A stretch of 63,998 nt of DNA, counting the filler, from Asterionella formosa (lineage: Eukaryota): the NCBI GenBank assembly GCA_002256025.1. It is 17 parts of 17 records of this genome, joined end to end, with 100 filler letters (N's around TTAATTAATTAA, not from the genome) between each part and the next. Parts side by side here need not be neighbours in the genome. Positions count along the whole stretch, not along the records: positions 56,593 to 60,251 come from NKIB01013987.1; positions 60,352 to 63,998 come from NKIB01013998.1; 15 more parts are not named here. The stretch is one strand, 5' to 3'. The notes below the pieces were generated by a model that was not told the DNA's origin, did not search any database, and worked only from the letters and a program-made list of their open reading frames with translations. Positions 60,030-63,998 of the stretch are shown here, in pieces; the first letter of the stretch is position 1, and each line of letters starts with the position of its first letter. The position numbers were made by a program, and so were the translations under genes.

Positions 60030-63000
60030 TGATGTTTACTGGAACTTGAATTGTTTATGAGCGATGGGAATTGGGCACTGATGGTTGTTTGCAGGATTGA
60101 GCAAGACTAAAATTCAATCATAAAAGTGCACCCTCCACGACCCTGGCTGCTCAAGAATCCCTCTCCCCGTAATGATCGCAGTTTGCTTTTCTTTACTGGA
60201 CGTTTACTGTATTTTCAGGTACCGGTACCCTATCATACGACGGTAGTTACANNNNNNNNNNNNNNNNNNNNNNNNNNNNNNNNNNNNNNNNNNNNTTAAT
60301 TAATTAANNNNNNNNNNNNNNNNNNNNNNNNNNNNNNNNNNNNNNNNNNNNCTGGTAGTAAATCATGGAAAGATTGTCGCTGAAATGACGCGCCAATTTC
60401 TTCCACCGTTTTTCTTTTTAAAGCTATTTTGTAATGAAGTTCAAAGCTACTTAAAAAATTATTCACTTCTTGCTAGCGATACTTGTATTTTGTCTAAGAA
60501 AGTAATCAATTTTTAAGCAGGTATAAAAAACCAAAACTCAAAATTATTATCCATTTTACCATGGTGTGTTGTATTGATTGTAATGGGGAATTTCTCATTT
60601 TTATTTGATTGTATAAATATTGTAGTATACAACATGCATGTTATGTATGTTCATATGTACCAAAGCAATTGCCGCTCCAGCTATCGTCTTGCCATTCGGG
60701 TACTTCTGAGTAATTTTAAGGTCTAAGTAATTTTTATTTAGGGGCAATATGGGGCACATCGAATTTTTCGGCATAAAATTGCTGATTTTAGCATGGCAGT
60801 CACAGGAACAACGGTAAAATACATAGAAATGGTACAGCAAGCGTAAAACACACGAGAATGATTGTGACATGCAATATCAATGAAAATTGAACAGGATGTT
60901 TGGAGCAACCAAAGTATGAAATGCGATGTAATAAGTAGCGTCAAATGAGAAATGGAAAAATTGTTTTGGGTTAGAAATGAAGAAAAATTGGAGTTTCTTT
61001 GGAGAAGTATGCATTGTGACATTATAGTACTTACACAGGCAATCGAATTTACATCACCACAAAATCAAAGACCGAAATAAGAAGGAAAAAAGCTGAACTC
61101 AATTTAGACCTGCATCGTTATTTAGCGTAGATGATCTGGTTGCTGCAACCATGCACATGGCTGTAGTAGCCTGACACAAGTTACAGTCCTTCCGCCCACA
61201 GTCGTTCCTCTCACCGCCCAAACAATCCTGATCATCATTCCATTCCAATCCATTCTGATTGAGTATGATCGCCACGCTGCTCCAGCACTGTCGACTCCCT
61301 CTAGCTGAATATACGTAGCTTGTGATTCAAACTCATAGTAGAAATGTAGCAAAGCGCATAAGTATAAGAAAAGCATTGCTTGGCGGCAATATTGACATTA
61401 TTGTCAAAAACTATGCACATCAACAAATATGATCAACAACGGCACAATATCACATCTTCAATGATTAGTCATTGATAACTACATTGGTTCTTATGTAGAT
61501 AGATACAATTGAATCAAAACGACACTGCAGAACGACAAACAACGATGGAAGCGATCAAAACAGACCATGGAAGCAATCAAATCGGAAATTCGATAAATAG
61601 GATCTACAATCCACATTCAGTGTTTCACTGTTGTACTCACCGATCCGCTCTAACTAGCTAGCATAACAAGCAGCAGAAGATGGGATCAAAAAAAGACGAA
61701 CGTTTCATGTTGCAAGCCCGAATAGAGCAACGGCAGACAGGATAGAGTGAGAATTATAATTATGAGGACAAAATCGGGCATACGGTATGTAAAATCAATG
61801 AATATGTGAATATGTGAACAATATAATTTAACATTCTGGTCTTGTAAAGATTATACCAAGTCTACAGCGATAATATTATAACATGCTCAAAGTAAGTGCT
61901 AAAGTTTAGCTTAAACCATGCATGGTTGTTTCGAGTGCCACATATTTATTGTAGGCTACTAGATGAGTACTGGTACTGGTAGAATATCCCTTAAGCATCA
62001 TCACATGTTTGACCGGAGCAAAACTTGCCACCAACATCAGATGTATCGATATGATTGTTTGTCTGATGAAACTTGAATGATGCAATTACATGAATCCCTC
62101 AAGAAGACAAGCAATCCAACAAGCAACTGCATCCATCAGAAAACAAATCGCTACTGGCGTCATCACTGAACTGATTTCGCTTCAAACCGGTCATGATGGA
62201 CGACAATTCGCATGGTGAAAGGTGAATTGCTGGAGTACACTTTTCAGGAGATGAACAAAAACGAGGTGAGGTCTAGATATAAATTATCGAAATCTGTAGA
62301 GTATATAAAATGGTTTCCTTAAGTATACCCCTTGCCAATTTCGGCAATCCCAGGGCTGGAAAACCAAGGGGCAATTGCTACAAATTGTAATGCCAAAATG
62401 CAAACATAGGAAAAATACAAAATATGTTATAATGATGGGCAATATCAGACCCATTGCAAATTTTGATGTGAAGATAGGAAAGATAAGAAAGTATATTTTA
62501 TATGATGGGCAATAGAAAGCTAAAATTGACATTTATGCTTTATTTGTGGGCAGTAGGTAAGCAATTGACACGATGATAGCTAGAGCAGGAATTGCCTCAA
62601 CAATACCCTTCTCAGCGGCTACTTGCCTTCTTGTATACATGTGTACTTGGCTGGGATGACACTCATAGGGTGACCTTTTCGCAGCACCGGGGGTGCCACT
62701 TGTACGGTCAACCTACTTGCACCACCCAGCCTAAACACATGTATACTTCCAGGCATGAGACACCTTGGGCGTGTATTGTCTTGAGAAATTTGCACTTGTA
62801 TTACATGACTTGTACAAAATGCACGTTAACCTGGAGATTTCTGGAATAAGGAATCTTAAAATTCAGTGTTGACATTGGGGGAAAACCCCATGCAAAAACC
62901 CCTAATCATAGCAAGGTTTAAACTTGATTTTCATAAATCAAATTCAATTGGGCCAGTTCGAAATTGTTAGAATTTTCTTTTGTTGATGTAATTTTACCCT

Positions 63001-63291
63001 TGGCATTGAATTTGAGTGTCTGCTTGGTGCCATGTGGTCAGTTTTGGCAAAATAACTGCAGCAGCTTGCAGGAGTGTAAGGTCTGATACAAACGTGACCA
63101 GATTTTTAAGTGTGTGGGATGAACTCATTGTAAGATAAGTTCAGAAAATTTTGAAGTGGTCGATGAAATGGCGAGAAGTTGCAGAATAGAATACTGAAAA
63201 ATGTTGAAGGTGAAGGTTATCAGGTAATTCTTCTGAACCTGGTTAAAGCAATTATGTTTTGTTGTTTGATAGGAAGCAAGACGGGGATATT

Positions 63292-63858
63292 CTAGCTGTT
63301 ATGATTGTCTAATTTCGAGAGGCAACGTTCCCACTCGTCAGGTCCCCATGAGCTTTCAGTACCTGGAATAAGAGTGCCTGAAATGACATGCTGAGGAGCA
63401 CCAAAGACTCCATAGGCCAAAGCTTCCTTATGCTCTTGCCAAGCCGGCATAACCACATCAGCACGATTGGCTCGGATGTTGGCCAGAAAGTCTCGTCGGC
63501 TCAAACAATCGCCAAATATTCCAGCTTGCTCGGCAAAATCCCCGAAAATTGCATCAATTTCCGAGGGCCTGGCGTCGCCTACAGAGTCATTCATTATCTT
63601 TTCTTGGTTGGCGTATACTGTATCAACAAATTTCGTTTTCGCTTCCTCTCCTAGACGGTCTCCAATTAAGTATGCCCCACAATGTCCAACAAACGCTTGT
63701 GGATGAAAAGCTAATGAGGTGAGGTGCCAGGAGATTTCATAAGTGTCGCCGAAGCGTTCACGAATGGCAGGAAGCCCGAGCCATGCTTTTTTCGAATACG
63801 GGCACTGGAGATCAAGAAAGACTTTCCAAGAAATGGCCTTTACACTTGTCGTGCGCAT
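63292..63858 (-). CDS. DsbA-like thioredoxin-fold protein with CxxS motif
   Basis: VFLDLQCPYSKK, LAFHPQA and the GVFGAP cis-Pro loop. Likely start MRTTSVK at 63858. Confidence 0.85.
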   Translation of the reverse strand: MRTTSVKAISWKVFLDLQCPYSKKAWLGLPAIRERFGDTYEISWHLTSLAFHPQAFVGHCGAYLIGDRLGEEAKTKFVDTVYANQEKIMNDSVGDARPSEIDAIFGDFAEQAGIFGDCLSRRDFLANIRANRADVVMPAWQEHKEALAYGVFGAPQHVISGTLIPGTESSWGPDEWERCLSKLDNHNS

Positions 63859-63998
63859 CTTGCTTTGTCGTGGTGCGAAGGATCTTCTCTTGTATATGGC
63901 GTTTGTTTCAATCGTGATTTGGTTCTGCTGTTTTGTGAGTCCAAGCAATGATTATTTCTGAAAAACCGATCATTGCTTTGATGCGACTTCTAATTCAT

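Noticed and set aside
60352..63240. Possible coding or mobile content
   Set aside because: Only a short match to 47110-47310 (GTAATTTTTATTTAGGGGCAATAT; AGCAACCAAAGTATGAA); no supportable ORF or element boundaries.

Overview
This window is not contiguous DNA. It is 17 unlinked contigs of about 3.65-3.69 kb, sorted by decreasing length and joined by artificial 100-nt N/TTAATTAATTAA/N linkers. The content points to a diatom (stramenopile) nuclear genome: CoDi-like Copia elements, a bipartite plastid presequence, diatom-type LRR and ARM families, and a short GT-AG intron. Host genes are FPP synthase, copine, a C1/multi-C2/PH protein, a Qb-like SNARE, an NAD(P)-binding protein, a CID-domain protein, a DsbA-like protein and several membrane proteins. 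They sit among decayed transposons (Copia, PIF/Harbinger, pogo, mariner, Plavaka-like, MITEs). Three observations stand out. (1) Two Tc1/mariner-superfamily elements from different families each carry a convergent passenger ORF of one family, predicted to be HIRAN-like with a Cys/His insert. (2) There is a complete tRNA-Ala-derived SINE with an (ATT)n tail and 15-bp TSD, plus a second copy. (3) TACCGGTA-type palindromes are strongly enriched in non-coding DNA and look like accumulated transposon excision footprints. All family calls come from motif recognition by eye, not from database searches.
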